Part shown: in pieces, positions 41,549 to 51,287 of the stretch | Layout of the letters: the number at the start of each line of letters is the position of its first letter | Position numbering within the stretch: the stretch's first letter is position 1 | Source of the DNA: an uncultured delta proteobacterium | GTDB lineage: Bacteria > Myxococcota_A > UBA9160 > SMWR01 | Direction of reading: 5' to 3' | Length of the DNA stretch: 64,000 nucleotides | NCBI GenBank assembly: GCA_963832165.1 | Contig: CAWHTE010000001.1 | Coordinates: forward strand, 320,001 to 384,000 | Program-made: the position numbers and the translations under genes | Notes under the pieces: model-generated | What the model saw: only the letters and a program-made list of their open reading frames with translations | The model's database searches: none | What the model was told of the DNA's origin: nothing

Positions 41549-43333
41549 CTAAGGCCCGAACTGCTCCGCGAGGATGCGATCCGCGGCGCGCCACGCGAGC
41601 GCCTGCACCGTGAGCGTGGGGTTGTAGCCGCCCGAAGTGGGGAACACCGACGCGTCGGTCACGTAGAGGTTCGGGATGCCCCAGAAGCGCTGCGACGAGT
41701 CGAGCACGCTCGTGTCCTCGTCGCTGCCCATGCGCATGGTCCCCATCTGGTGATTCACGAGCCCGCCGATCGGGTCGGGCACGAAGCGACCCTTCCAGCG
41801 CTGGTGCGCGCCTTCGGCCAGGATCTGCGGAATTCCCGTGGTCGCGCCGAACGGCAGCACCGTATGCGTCGAGACCGCGCCCATCCCGACGAGGATCGCC
41901 TCGAGGATGGGCAGCGTCGCTGCTGCGACGACCTGATCGTTCGGGTGGTGCAGATAGGTGATCCGCGCCACCGGGAAGCCGTACACGTCCTTCACGAACG
42001 GGTCGAGGTCGACGCGGTTCGCTGCAACGGGCGGGTCGTCGCCGATCATGCCGATGAACTGCACGTGTCCGAACACGCGCCGCATGAGCTCCTTGTGCCC
42101 GAGCCCCCAGCCGAGCGACTTCGCCGTCGAGATGATGCCGCCCGCCATCAGGCCGTAGCCGCTCGAGGGGCCGATCGTCTGGATGTTGCCGAAGCCGAAC
42201 GCAGGCGCCCCCGGGAGGCCCATGTAGAAGTCATCGATGCAGCGCATGCTCCAGTAGCCGCGGTAGTAGTCGACGCGGTGATCGAAGAAGCCGATCCCAC
42301 CCGGGAAGTGGTGCACCATCAGGTGGCGGCCGACCTGATCGTTGTTCACGAGATCGTCCGGCAGCTGCGAGAGCTGCACGAGGCGCGGCGTATCGACCGT
42401 CGAGCACGCGAGCACGATCACCTTCGCCGTGAGCGCGCGCACGTAGCCGTTGTTGTCGAGGAACAGTACGCGCGACGCCCTTCCGTTCGCGAGCTCGACG
42501 CGGAACACGTAGGCGTCTGGGATCGGGTACAAGCGCCCGGTCCGTTCCGCGAGCGCGAGCGCGCTCACGTTGAGATCGCCCTTGGCGCCGATCGGACACG
42601 CGTGCGACGAGCAGAATCCGCAGTAGGTGCAGCCGTTGCGCACGAGCGGCTGTCCCGGGTCCGGCAGGAGCTCCGGATCGTTGAGCGTGTACGTGCCGTT
42701 GTTGATGGCAACGGGCGTCGGGAACGGGTGGAAGCCGAGCGCAGTGGCCGACTGCTCGAACAGCGACGCGCCGTAGTTCGGCGGGTGTCCCGGCATCGGA
42801 TAGGCGTCGCCGTTGCCGCGCCACTCGCTCGGGAGTGGCGTGCCCGTCGCCAGATCGCCGCCGGCGACGCCGATCAGCTTCTCCACCTTGCGGTAGTACG
42901 ACCAGATCGACTGCGGGTTCGCCGGATCGAGCTCGACCGCGTCGAGCGGCCAGTCGACGATGTCGGCGCCGGGCAGATCTCCCCACGTGGAGCGCGCGCG
43001 GAAATCCGCTTCGCGGAATCGGAACGACGCCGCGCCGTAGTGCACGCTGCCGCCGCCCCACGAGCGGTTCACGGGCAGCACGCGACCCACGAACTGATGC
43101 TCGTTGCCGATCTCGAGGTTGCGGAACGTGCGCGGCTCAATCAGGTCGTCCTGGTCGATGAAGCGCCGCTCGCCGAAGCGCAGCTCGTCGTCGCCTGCGT
43201 TGTATCCGTCCTGCTTCGGACCCTTCTCGAGCACCGCGACGCGCAGGCCGGCCATCGTGAGCACGTAGGCGGCGATCCCGCCGCCCGCGCCCGAGCCGAC
43301 GATCACGACGTCGAGGTTCTGGGGCAGCCTCAC
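41549..43333 (-). CDS. GMC family flavoprotein (gluconate 2-dehydrogenase alpha-like) with an Fe-S Cys cluster
   Basis: DVVIVGSGAGGG, WGGGSVHYG, CTYCGFCSSHACP, HQMGTMRMG and NPTLTVQAL. GTG 43333 overlaps the upstream stop. Confidence 0.92.
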   Translation of the reverse strand: MRLPQNLDVVIVGSGAGGGIAAYVLTMAGLRVAVLEKGPKQDGYNAGDDELRFGERRFIDQDDLIEPRTFRNLEIGNEHQFVGRVLPVNRSWGGGSVHYGAASFRFREADFRARSTWGDLPGADIVDWPLDAVELDPANPQSIWSYYRKVEKLIGVAGGDLATGTPLPSEWRGNGDAYPMPGHPPNYGASLFEQSATALGFHPFPTPVAINNGTYTLNDPELLPDPGQPLVRNGCTYCGFCSSHACPIGAKGDLNVSALALAERTGRLYPIPDAYVFRVELANGRASRVLFLDNNGYVRALTAKVIVLACSTVDTPRLVQLSQLPDDLVNNDQVGRHLMVHHFPGGIGFFDHRVDYYRGYWSMRCIDDFYMGLPGAPAFGFGNIQTIGPSSGYGLMAGGIISTAKSLGWGLGHKELMRRVFGHVQFIGMIGDDPPVAANRVDLDPFVKDVYGFPVARITYLHHPNDQVVAAATLPILEAILVGMGAVSTHTVLPFGATTGIPQILAEGAHQRWKGRFVPDPIGGLVNHQMGTMRMGSDEDTSVLDSSQRFWGIPNLYVTDASVFPTSGGYNPTLTVQALAWRAADRILAEQFGP

Positions 43334-44082
43334 GTCTTCTCCGGGCCCTGACCGGGACAGGTGCCGGGCTGGATCATCTCCTCGGGCGCATAACCTCCGA
43401 AGTCGTTCCAGGCCCCGTCGCTCACCGTGCCGGGCGGATTCAGCTGCTCGGGAAAGCGCACGCCGTGGACGTCGCCCTGGTAGCAGAAGGTGTCCCACGC
43501 GAGATAGTTCAGGTTGCCGCCGTACACCGGGTGCGCGTACACGCCCTCCATCGTGTGCTCGAAGAGCGCATCGAAGAACGGGTGATTCAGCAGATCGAGC
43601 GCGAGCAGGATCGCCTCCTGCGCGACGGTGGGAGCGTTCGCGAATGCACCCGGGCCGCCCGCGCGCTCGTCGAGCAGCGCGAGCCCCTCGCGGTAGACCC
43701 CGCGCAGGCGCGCGACCTCTTTGCCCCAGCCGATCCGCTTCACGCGCGAGAGCGGCTGGAAGTTCGAGAACTGTGCGCGGTACGGTCCACCCGCGTAGAT
43801 ATCGGGTTCGACAGGCTGTCCGGCGTCATCGAAGCTGCGCAGCAGCTTGTCGATGTAGAGATGCGCGCCCGCGTCCGCGCCCGACCAGTCGCCCGCGCCC
43901 TCGGCGGGAACGATCTGCGCGACGGCCGCTTGCAATGTCACCATCTCGTCGGCGGTGAAGAACGGCGGCGCGGTCGTCTGTGCGCACTCGGCTCCCACGA
44001 GCGGCAGCGAACCTGCCACGAGCCCCGCCGCGCCGAGGTGCGCCGATCCGACCAGGAACTCGCGCCGACTGCGCTGCTTCAC
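43330..44082 (-). CDS. Gluconate 2-dehydrogenase subunit-3 (gamma) family protein with a Tat signal
   Basis: SRREFL twin-arginine signal; AGAHLYIDKLL; FF..LFEHTMEGVYAHPVYGGN. Confidence 0.9.
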   Translation of the reverse strand: MKQRSRREFLVGSAHLGAAGLVAGSLPLVGAECAQTTAPPFFTADEMVTLQAAVAQIVPAEGAGDWSGADAGAHLYIDKLLRSFDDAGQPVEPDIYAGGPYRAQFSNFQPLSRVKRIGWGKEVARLRGVYREGLALLDERAGGPGAFANAPTVAQEAILLALDLLNHPFFDALFEHTMEGVYAHPVYGGNLNYLAWDTFCYQGDVHGVRFPEQLNPPGTVSDGAWNDFGGYAPEEMIQPGTCPGQGPEKT

Positions 44083-44978
44083 TGCTCGCACCTCACGAAC
44101 AGGATCCCGCACTCCGCCTTGCGGTGATCGGGATCGACCGGCGAGGACAGCTCGGGAGCCGGATCGTCGAGCAGGCCGTTGCCGCACTCACTCTGATAAC
44201 CGATCTGCTCGGCGTGATCGCTCCAATATCCGCCGAAGCTCTCGACGCCGTTCACACGCGCGCACGCGCGTGGACCGCGCGCATCGAAGCAGAGGAAGAA
44301 GCGCTCGGTCCACGTGAGCAGCGGGATCGGCACGGGGACGAGCGAGCCCGGCAGGATCAGCCCGGGTCCGATCCACTGGTCCACCTGCCAGAAGCGGCCC
44401 GAGGGATTGGTGAACAGAAGGCGCTCGAAGCGCTCCGGCTCACCGGCGAGGAAGCGCACCGTCTGCTCGAGCGAGGTGAGCGTGGCGGTACCGCTCGTGT
44501 CTCCGGTGGTGAGGTCGGTCAGCATCGCTTGGGTGAGGGTGAGGTAGTCCTTCTCCTCGAGCGCACCGCTCGTGTCCGTCTGCAGGTGCGTGTACTCCCA
44601 ATGCCCGTGACCGAGTTGGAGGATGAACTGCGCGCGGTCCGTCTTCTCCTGGTAGACCACGAGCTGGCAGTCGGGGTACACGCCGTTCGGGTGCACGCCC
44701 TTGGCGGCGTCCCACGCCACGGTCGGAGTGCACCCCGCATCGTCACAGGTGCCGTTCTGATTCGCGTCGCCCGTGAAGTCGCACAAGCCGTCGTGGTTCT
44801 CGTCGACGTAGTGCGTGTAATCGTCCGGCTCGTCGCCGTCGTAGCCCTGGCTCTGGAACAGCGGGATCGCGGGGTACGACGGACACTGAGCGCGTGACGC
44901 GACCGGCAGCAGCGCGCATGCGGCGGCGGCGCAGGTCGCGGCGATTTGAGCGAATCGCGAGGTCGCGCTCTCGGTCAC
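44079..44978 (-). CDS. Secreted Cys/Asp-rich hypothetical protein
   Basis: Sec-type signal ending ASRA|Q, 10 Cys in the mature part, DENHDG and DANQNG loops, ECGNG. GGGAGGGAG RBS; stop overlaps the next GTG. Confidence 0.75.
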   Translation of the reverse strand: MTESATSRFAQIAATCAAAACALLPVASRAQCPSYPAIPLFQSQGYDGDEPDDYTHYVDENHDGLCDFTGDANQNGTCDDAGCTPTVAWDAAKGVHPNGVYPDCQLVVYQEKTDRAQFILQLGHGHWEYTHLQTDTSGALEEKDYLTLTQAMLTDLTTGDTSGTATLTSLEQTVRFLAGEPERFERLLFTNPSGRFWQVDQWIGPGLILPGSLVPVPIPLLTWTERFFLCFDARGPRACARVNGVESFGGYWSDHAEQIGYQSECGNGLLDDPAPELSSPVDPDHRKAECGILFVRCEQ

Positions 44979-45001
44979 GTCGGGCTCCCTCCCACGCGCT
45001 C

Positions 45002-45031
45002 GTTATGGCACGCTCGGCGCGCACCGGTCAA
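45002..45031 (-). promoter_or_regulatory. Putative sigma70 promoter of the GMC operon
   Basis: Minus strand reads TTGACC, 18 bp ending TGC, then CATAAC, about 25 bp before GTG 44978. Confidence 0.45.
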
Positions 45032-45113
45032 GGAACCGAGCGCAAAGAGTCGTAAGCCCTTCGAATCAACTCGGACGCGCGCTACACATCTCCCGTTAGA
45101 GGATGGAGCGGTC

Positions 45114-46211
45114 ATGCCCCCCGCCAAGACGCTCGCGATGGTCCAGACCGGCGTGCGCGTGCTCGAGCCGCGCGACCTGCCGATCCCCGAGATCGACGAC
45201 GAGTCTGCGCTGCTGCGCGTCGAGGCGTGCGGGATCTGCGGCAGCGACTACGAGCAGTACGAGGGCAAGCTGCGCACGCCGATGCCCGTGATCCCGGGCC
45301 ACGAGCCGCTCGGCGTGATCGAGAAGATCGGCGACGCGGCCGCGCGCCGCTGGCATGTCGACGTAGGCGACCGCGTCGCGGTCGAGACGATGCTCTCGTG
45401 CCGCTTCTGCACCGAATGCCTCGGCGGTCGCTACCACCTGTGCCGCGAGCGCCGCATCTACTCCTACATCCCGCTCTCCGACGCGCCCGGACTCTGGGGT
45501 GCCTATTCGCAGTACATGTTCGTGCACCGCAACTCGGTGGTGCACAAGATCGATCCGTCGCTCGCGCCGAGCACGGCCGTGATGTTCAACCCGCTCGGCG
45601 CGGGTTTCCGCTGGGCAGTCGAGATGCCGCGCACGGGTCCCGGCGACACGGTGCTCATCCTGGGCCCGGGTCAGCGCGGCCTCGCGAGCGTGATCGCGTG
45701 TCGCGAGGCGGGTGCCGACCAGATCCTCGTGACGGGTCTCGCCGCCGATGCGCGCAAGCTCGCGCTCGCGCGCGAATTCGGTGCGCACCACACGATCGAC
45801 GTCGATAACGAGAACGCGGTGGCGCGCGTGCGAGAGCTCACCGACGGGCAGGGCGCCCACGTGGTCGTCGACGTGTCCTCCTACTCGACCGCGCCCGTGG
45901 CGCAGGCGCTCGACTTCGTACGCCCGGGCGGGCGCGTGATCCTCGCGGGTGTAAAGGGCTTCAAGGCGATCCCCGACTTCATCTCGGACAAGATCGTCAT
46001 GAAGGAGATCTCGCTGCAGGGCGCGATCGGCGTCACCTCGAGCGGCTACCGCAGCGCGATCCGGCTGCTCGAGTCGCGCCGCTACCCCGTGGAGAAGATG
46101 CACACCCACGACTTCGCGCTGCGCGACGCGGAGCTCGCGATCCGGACGCTCGCGCGCGAGATTCCGGGCGACGAGTCGATCCACTCGTGCCTGCTGCCCG
46201 AGAAAGGTTGA
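45114..46211 (+). CDS. Zinc-dependent alcohol dehydrogenase (MDR)
   Basis: GICGSD, GHE, CRFCTEC..GRYHLC and GPGQRG. Confidence 0.93.
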   Translation: MPPAKTLAMVQTGVRVLEPRDLPIPEIDDESALLRVEACGICGSDYEQYEGKLRTPMPVIPGHEPLGVIEKIGDAAARRWHVDVGDRVAVETMLSCRFCTECLGGRYHLCRERRIYSYIPLSDAPGLWGAYSQYMFVHRNSVVHKIDPSLAPSTAVMFNPLGAGFRWAVEMPRTGPGDTVLILGPGQRGLASVIACREAGADQILVTGLAADARKLALAREFGAHHTIDVDNENAVARVRELTDGQGAHVVVDVSSYSTAPVAQALDFVRPGGRVILAGVKGFKAIPDFISDKIVMKEISLQGAIGVTSSGYRSAIRLLESRRYPVEKMHTHDFALRDAELAIRTLAREIPGDESIHSCLLPEKG

Positions 46212-46218
46212 GGCGCGC

Positions 46219-47070
46219 GTGGCGGATTTCGTCGCGGAGTGGATTGCGAAGTCGGGCTACACGGCTGCACTCGGTGTGGTGCTCGAGAGCGTCGACGGCG
46301 AGACGGCGCTCTTGCGACTGCCGTTCGGCGAGCAGAACTGCAATCCGGGCAAGGCGCTGCACGGCGGCTGCGCGGCTTCGCTCGCGGTGACGGGCGCACA
46401 CGCGGTTGCGCGCGCGGCGTTCGGCGCGGAGTCGGGCCCGTGGCACACCGCCGCGCTCCAGGTGAACTATCTCGCGGCAGCGATCGGCGAGGATGTCCAT
46501 GCCCGCGCGACGATGCTGCGGCGCGGCAAGGAGATGTGCTTCGTCGAGGTGGACGTGTCGCGCGAAGACGGCAAGCCGATCGCACACGCCACCGCGGCCG
46601 TGCGCGCGCGCTTCGGCGCGGATCCGGCCGGCGTCTACACCTCCGTGGGCGATCACGGCCACAGCGATCCCGGCCCGATGGGCCCCCACATCGGCAAGAT
46701 GCCGTTCACGGCCGCGCGCGGTCTCGTCGTAGAGCACATGACGGGCGGCACCTCGCGGATCGCCATGTCTGCGCGCGATGCAAACGGCGATGCTTCGGGC
46801 GGTACGCACGAGGGCGCCGTGCTCGCGCTGCTCGACACGACGGGCGCGATGGCGGCCTGGGCCACCACGGGTCCGGGGCCGTACAAGGCGTCGACGCCCG
46901 CGCTCCAGGCGCAGATCCTCTCGCCGCCCGAAGGCGGCGACCTGATCGCCTACGGCCGCTGCGTGCAGCGCGACAGCGAGCTGCTCTGGAGCGAGGTCGA
47001 GGTGGCGAGCGCCGCCGACCGGCGCGTGTTCGCGCGCGGGACGGTGATCTACCGGATCGTGACGAGCTAG
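46219..47070 (+). CDS. Tandem (double) PaaI-type hotdog thioesterase
   Basis: Two repeats: NPGKALHGG...LQVNYL and NGD...THEGAVLALLD...LQAQIL. Confidence 0.85.
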   Translation: MADFVAEWIAKSGYTAALGVVLESVDGETALLRLPFGEQNCNPGKALHGGCAASLAVTGAHAVARAAFGAESGPWHTAALQVNYLAAAIGEDVHARATMLRRGKEMCFVEVDVSREDGKPIAHATAAVRARFGADPAGVYTSVGDHGHSDPGPMGPHIGKMPFTAARGLVVEHMTGGTSRIAMSARDANGDASGGTHEGAVLALLDTTGAMAAWATTGPGPYKASTPALQAQILSPPEGGDLIAYGRCVQRDSELLWSEVEVASAADRRVFARGTVIYRIVTS

Positions 47071-47080
47071 GAGGTCGAGC

Positions 47081-48313
47081 ATGGATCGGGCTCGCCTCGA
47101 AGCGATCATCCGCCGCCCCGAGGAGGAGAGCGCGCGCGACGCGTTCCCGAGCGACTTCCCGCATCCGATCGACGTGCCGGCCGCGCGCTATGCCGATCCC
47201 GACTTCGCCGCGCTCGAACGCGCGCACATCTTCGAGCAGTGCTGGCTGTTCGCAGCGCACGCGGATCAGATCCCGAGCGCGGGCGACTACCTGATGCTCG
47301 ACGCGCTCGATCGGATCGGCCACCCGCTCTTTCTCGTGCGCGGCGAAGACGGCGAGGTCCGCGCGTTCTACAACAGCTGCCGGCATCGCGGCGGCCCGCT
47401 CGTGAACGAGCCGACCGGCAGCACGGGGAAGCGGCTCGTCTGCAGATACCACTCGTGGACCTACGACCTCGAGGGCCGGCTCGTCGGATACCCCGAGGCG
47501 AAGAACTTTCCGCGCGGCGCGCACTCGGATTGTCCCGCGCTCGCGCAGGTCCCGTGCGAGACCTGGGGATCGCTCGTGTTCGTGAAGCTCTCGGCAGGCG
47601 GCCCGAGCTTGCGCGAGTATCTCGAACCCGTCGCGTCCGAGCTCGACTCGCTGCTCGGCGATCAGGCGCGTGGCGTCCATTTCGTCGGGTCGAAGCAGCT
47701 CGAGGTTGCGTGCAACTGGAAGGCGCCCGGCGACGGAAACATCGAGACCTATCACGTCCCGTTCGTGCACCGGAACTCCGCGGCGCCCGCGCTCGACGAG
47801 AAGCGCACCGGACAGTGGCTGTTGCCGCGCGGCCATTCACGGATGCTGATCCGCTTCCGCAAGGAGCTTCCCGCGGAGCTCGCGCTGCCGCGCTTCTCGG
47901 GTGATACGGCGCTGGCCGAGCTCGGAATCTACTCGTTCCACGTCTTTCCGAACCTGAGCATCGTGCTCGGCGGGCCGAGCTTTGCGTTCCTGATCACGAC
48001 CTTTCCGGACGGCGTCGGCCGCTGCACCTACTACGCGCATTTCCTTTCGCCACTGCCGCGCACGGACGAGACGAGCGCGACGATCGACGCCGTGATCGAG
48101 GGCAACTGGTGCGTGCTGCTCGAGGACCTCGCGAGCCAGACCGCCGCCCAGAAGTCGATGCAGTGCGGCGCGCTCGACGTGTTGAGGCTGCAGTACCAGG
48201 AACGACGCATCCGCTACGTGCACGAGGAGATCGACCGCTGGATCGGTCCGGAGCGGATCCCCGAGCGGCTGCGCGTTCCGGCGATGCTCGACGCGTACGT
48301 CGAGAAGGAATGA
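47081..48313 (+). CDS. Rieske non-heme iron oxygenase alpha subunit
   Basis: NSCRHRG and CRYHSW (Rieske ligands); NWK...N.ETYHVPFVH and ED (mononuclear Fe ligands). Confidence 0.95.
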   Translation: MDRARLEAIIRRPEEESARDAFPSDFPHPIDVPAARYADPDFAALERAHIFEQCWLFAAHADQIPSAGDYLMLDALDRIGHPLFLVRGEDGEVRAFYNSCRHRGGPLVNEPTGSTGKRLVCRYHSWTYDLEGRLVGYPEAKNFPRGAHSDCPALAQVPCETWGSLVFVKLSAGGPSLREYLEPVASELDSLLGDQARGVHFVGSKQLEVACNWKAPGDGNIETYHVPFVHRNSAAPALDEKRTGQWLLPRGHSRMLIRFRKELPAELALPRFSGDTALAELGIYSFHVFPNLSIVLGGPSFAFLITTFPDGVGRCTYYAHFLSPLPRTDETSATIDAVIEGNWCVLLEDLASQTAAQKSMQCGALDVLRLQYQERRIRYVHEEIDRWIGPERIPERLRVPAMLDAYVEKE

Positions 48314-49125
48314 CGATGGAGCCGTTCGTCGCGCTGATGCGCCGCTACTGCATCGACTACACGAACAGCCACGACCAGAGCGTGTGCGACGAGATCATGG
48401 AGCCCGAGTACGTCGTGCACATCTCGGGCTTCGATCTGCCGCGCGATGCTGCCTACAAGCCCGCCGTGAAGAGCGTGTTCGCGCGCTTTCCGGGCCTCCA
48501 GCTCCAGGTTCATGAGCTCGTCACCAACGGGGATCGGCTCGCGATGCGGTTCTCGGAGCACGGTGCGGCGGTCGACGCGGGCGGGCGTCTGGCGGCGTGG
48601 GGCGGCATCGGGCTCTATCGCTGGAACGGGCGCCGGCTGCTCGAGAACTTCGTCGAGCAGGACTTCATGGCGCAGGAGGAGCAGCTCGCGACGGGGCAGA
48701 GCGCGCCGCTCGAGCCCGCGCACCTCGATCCGTGGCTCGCCACGCGAGCCGAGCCCGTGAACGCGGAGGCCGAGGCGATCGTGCGCGCGTGGCTTGCCAA
48801 GGGCGACCTGCGCGACGCCGCGAGCGCCGTGATCGACGGGTCGTGGTACGCGGGAATCGCGCCGTCGCCGGTCGACGTGCAGCAGGTCGACATCGACGAT
48901 CTGTTCTCGGCCGGATCGCGCGTCGCGTTTCACGTGCGTCAGGCCGGTCGCTACCGCGGAGGCCTCGCCGGAGTCGGTCCCTCGTTCGCGGGCCGCGATG
49001 CGACGCTGCGCTGTGTCGGCCTCGCGCGCGTCGAAGCGGGCGAGGTCGTGGAGGTGCGCGTGATCACCGACCGCCTCGGAGCGCGCAGCGAGCTCACGCG
49101 AGGCGCGCCGCAGGGGCGCCCATGA
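48310..49125 (+). CDS. Tandem SnoaL-like ester cyclase/NTF2-like protein
   Basis: FPGLQLQVHELVTNGDRLAMRFSEHG and a second unit IDDLFSAGSRVAFHV...G.Y.GG. ATGA overlaps at both ends. Confidence 0.8.
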   Translation: MTMEPFVALMRRYCIDYTNSHDQSVCDEIMEPEYVVHISGFDLPRDAAYKPAVKSVFARFPGLQLQVHELVTNGDRLAMRFSEHGAAVDAGGRLAAWGGIGLYRWNGRRLLENFVEQDFMAQEEQLATGQSAPLEPAHLDPWLATRAEPVNAEAEAIVRAWLAKGDLRDAASAVIDGSWYAGIAPSPVDVQQVDIDDLFSAGSRVAFHVRQAGRYRGGLAGVGPSFAGRDATLRCVGLARVEAGEVVEVRVITDRLGARSELTRGAPQGRP

Positions 49126-50297
49126 GCATCGACTACGACCCGTTCGAGCTAGCGTTCCGGATCGACCCGTATCCGCACTACGCGCGGCTGCGCCGGGAGA
49201 GCCCCGTGTACTGGGCCGAGCGCTCCAAGACCTGGGTGATCTCGCGACACGACGACGTGAGTCGCGTGTTGAAGGATCCCGAGATGTTCTCTTCGGACGC
49301 GATGGCGACGGTGCTGCTCGGCACCACGGCGCCGGGCAACCTCGTCACCCACGATCCGCCCACGCACACGCGCCTGCGCCGGATCGTGAATCGCGCGTTC
49401 ACACCGCGCCGCGTGGAGTCGTGGCGCCCGATCGTCGAAGCGCTCGTCGACGAGGCCGTCGCCGCGATGGCCGCGGCGGGGCGCTTCGACGTGATCCGCG
49501 ACCTCGCGGTTCCGGTTCCCGTGACCGTGATCGCGGAGGTGCTCGGCATCGGAGCCGAGCGGCGCACCGACTTCAAACGCTGGGCCGACGTGATCACGTC
49601 CGGCATGACCGGATCGAAGCGACACCTCGGCATGGTCGGAAGCGGCGCCGCCGCGGCCGGGATCGAGCTCGTGCAGTACATCAGCGGCGTCGTCGCGCGG
49701 CGCGCCGGGAATCCCGGCGACGACGTTCTCTCCGAGCTGATCCGCGCCCAGGATGGGGAAGCCCTGCGCCCCGAGGAGCTGCTGGGATTCGCCGGCGTGC
49801 TGACCTTCGCCGGCACCGAGACCACCACGAACCTGATCGGCAACGCGGTCCGCGTGCTGATCGATCGCCCCGACGTTCGCAAACGCGTCGCGGACGACCC
49901 GATGCTGGTCACCGCGCTGCTGGAAGAGACGCTGCGCTGGGACAGTCCCGTGCAGTACCTGTTCCGCCGCGCGGCCGAGGACGTCGCGATCGCGGGCGGC
50001 CGAATCCCCCGCGACGGCATCGTGACGGTGCTGCTCGGCTCCGCCAATCGCGACGAAGCGCATTGGGGACCTCGTGCGGCCGAGTTCGACCTCGACCGGG
50101 ACACGAGTGCTCACCTGGGCTTCGGCGTCGGCGTGCACTTCTGCCTCGGTGCCGCACTCGCGCGCATGGAAGCCGAGTGCGCAGTGACGCGCCTGCTGCC
50201 GCTGCTCGAAAAGTCGCGGTCGACGGGCGGTGAGGTGGCTCCGATCGACTCGGTGCAGTTCCGCGGCGTTCGAAGTCTCGAGTTCGAGCTCGCCTGA
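49122..50297 (+). CDS. Cytochrome P450
   Basis: DPYPHYARLR, DPPTHTRLR, AGTETT, EETLR and FGVGVHFCLG. Confidence 0.97.
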   Translation: MSIDYDPFELAFRIDPYPHYARLRRESPVYWAERSKTWVISRHDDVSRVLKDPEMFSSDAMATVLLGTTAPGNLVTHDPPTHTRLRRIVNRAFTPRRVESWRPIVEALVDEAVAAMAAAGRFDVIRDLAVPVPVTVIAEVLGIGAERRTDFKRWADVITSGMTGSKRHLGMVGSGAAAAGIELVQYISGVVARRAGNPGDDVLSELIRAQDGEALRPEELLGFAGVLTFAGTETTTNLIGNAVRVLIDRPDVRKRVADDPMLVTALLEETLRWDSPVQYLFRRAAEDVAIAGGRIPRDGIVTVLLGSANRDEAHWGPRAAEFDLDRDTSAHLGFGVGVHFCLGAALARMEAECAVTRLLPLLEKSRSTGGEVAPIDSVQFRGVRSLEFELA

Positions 50298-50313
50298 CGG
50301 CGAATCCCGGATC

Positions 50314-51147
50314 TCAAGTCGTCGCGAGCCGCGTCAAGAGCGCATCGAGATCGCGCTCGACCACGGGGTCCTGACCACCGCTCGCGAGGAACGCGGCCAT
50401 GCGCGAGCGCGCTTCGGGGTGCGCGAGCGTGCGGTTGAACAGATGGGCCTCTTCGAGCAGGCCCTCGCGCACCGTGGTGTCGGCCGAGTCGACCGCGCGC
50501 TTGGCGAGCGCGATGGCCTCGCGCGGGAACGACGCGATGCGCCGCGCGAGCGCGGTGACGAACGGGCGCAGCTCGTCGGCGGGAAGCGCGCGGTTGATCC
50601 AGCCGTAGCGCGCGGCGAGCTCGGCATCGAAGTCCTCGCAGCCCAGAACCGCCTCGAGCGCGCGCCCGCGGCCTAGCAGGCGCGGCAGCCGCTGCGTACC
50701 GCTGCCGCCCGGCAGGATTCCGAGAGCGACCTCGGGTTGCGAGAGCACGCAGCGCCCGATCGCGCCGAAGCGCATGTCGAGCGAGAGCAGGAACTCGCTG
50801 CCGCCGCCGCGCGCGCGCCCCTCGATCGCGCCGATCGTCGCGCACGGCAGCGTGCGGTAGCGCTCGACGATCTGGTGGAAGAACGAGAGCTCGTCCGATT
50901 TCGGGGGCACCGCGGTCGGCAAGCGCTGGATCAGCGCCACGTCCGCGTGCGCGATGAAGTAGTCGGGATTCGCGCTCCAGAACACCGCCGCGCGCGTCTC
51001 GGTATCGGCCTCGAGCTCGCGCCCGAGCCGTTCGAGATCCGTCATGAGCGCGAGGTCGAGCAGATTCATGGGCGGGTGGTCGAGCGTCACCGTGGTGACG
51101 CCGCGCTCCCGGGCGATCGCGAGGGTCGTGTAATCCGAGCCGTTCAC
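50314..51147 (-). CDS. Enoyl-CoA hydratase/isomerase
   Basis: DHPPMNL, FIAHAD, RGGGSE and QPEVALGILPG (both catalytic Glu present). Confidence 0.92.
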   Translation of the reverse strand: MNGSDYTTLAIARERGVTTVTLDHPPMNLLDLALMTDLERLGRELEADTETRAAVFWSANPDYFIAHADVALIQRLPTAVPPKSDELSFFHQIVERYRTLPCATIGAIEGRARGGGSEFLLSLDMRFGAIGRCVLSQPEVALGILPGGSGTQRLPRLLGRGRALEAVLGCEDFDAELAARYGWINRALPADELRPFVTALARRIASFPREAIALAKRAVDSADTTVREGLLEEAHLFNRTLAHPEARSRMAAFLASGGQDPVVERDLDALLTRLATT

Positions 51148-51253
51148 GGCTCCGTTCTATCACCGGAGGGGCCCTCGGGGCCACCGGAAGCGCAGCCGGG
51201 TCCCGGCAGGGGCCTTTCCGCTACGAGTTGGGAGCCCATCCTGCTTCCCGGTT

Positions 51254-51280
51254 TCAGAGGATCTGCCGACCGGCCGATGA
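51254..51280 (+). promoter_or_regulatory. Sigma28 (FliA/WhiG)-like promoter
   Basis: TCAG-N15-GCCGATGA, ending 7 bp before ATG 51288. Confidence 0.45.
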
Positions 51281-51287
51281 GCCCGGC

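Noticed and set aside
45006..45021. Sigma54 promoter (TGGCACG...GC) for the ADH-P450 operon
   Set aside because: The -12 element is poor (GCGC), and the same bases fit better as the extended -10 of the opposite-strand promoter.
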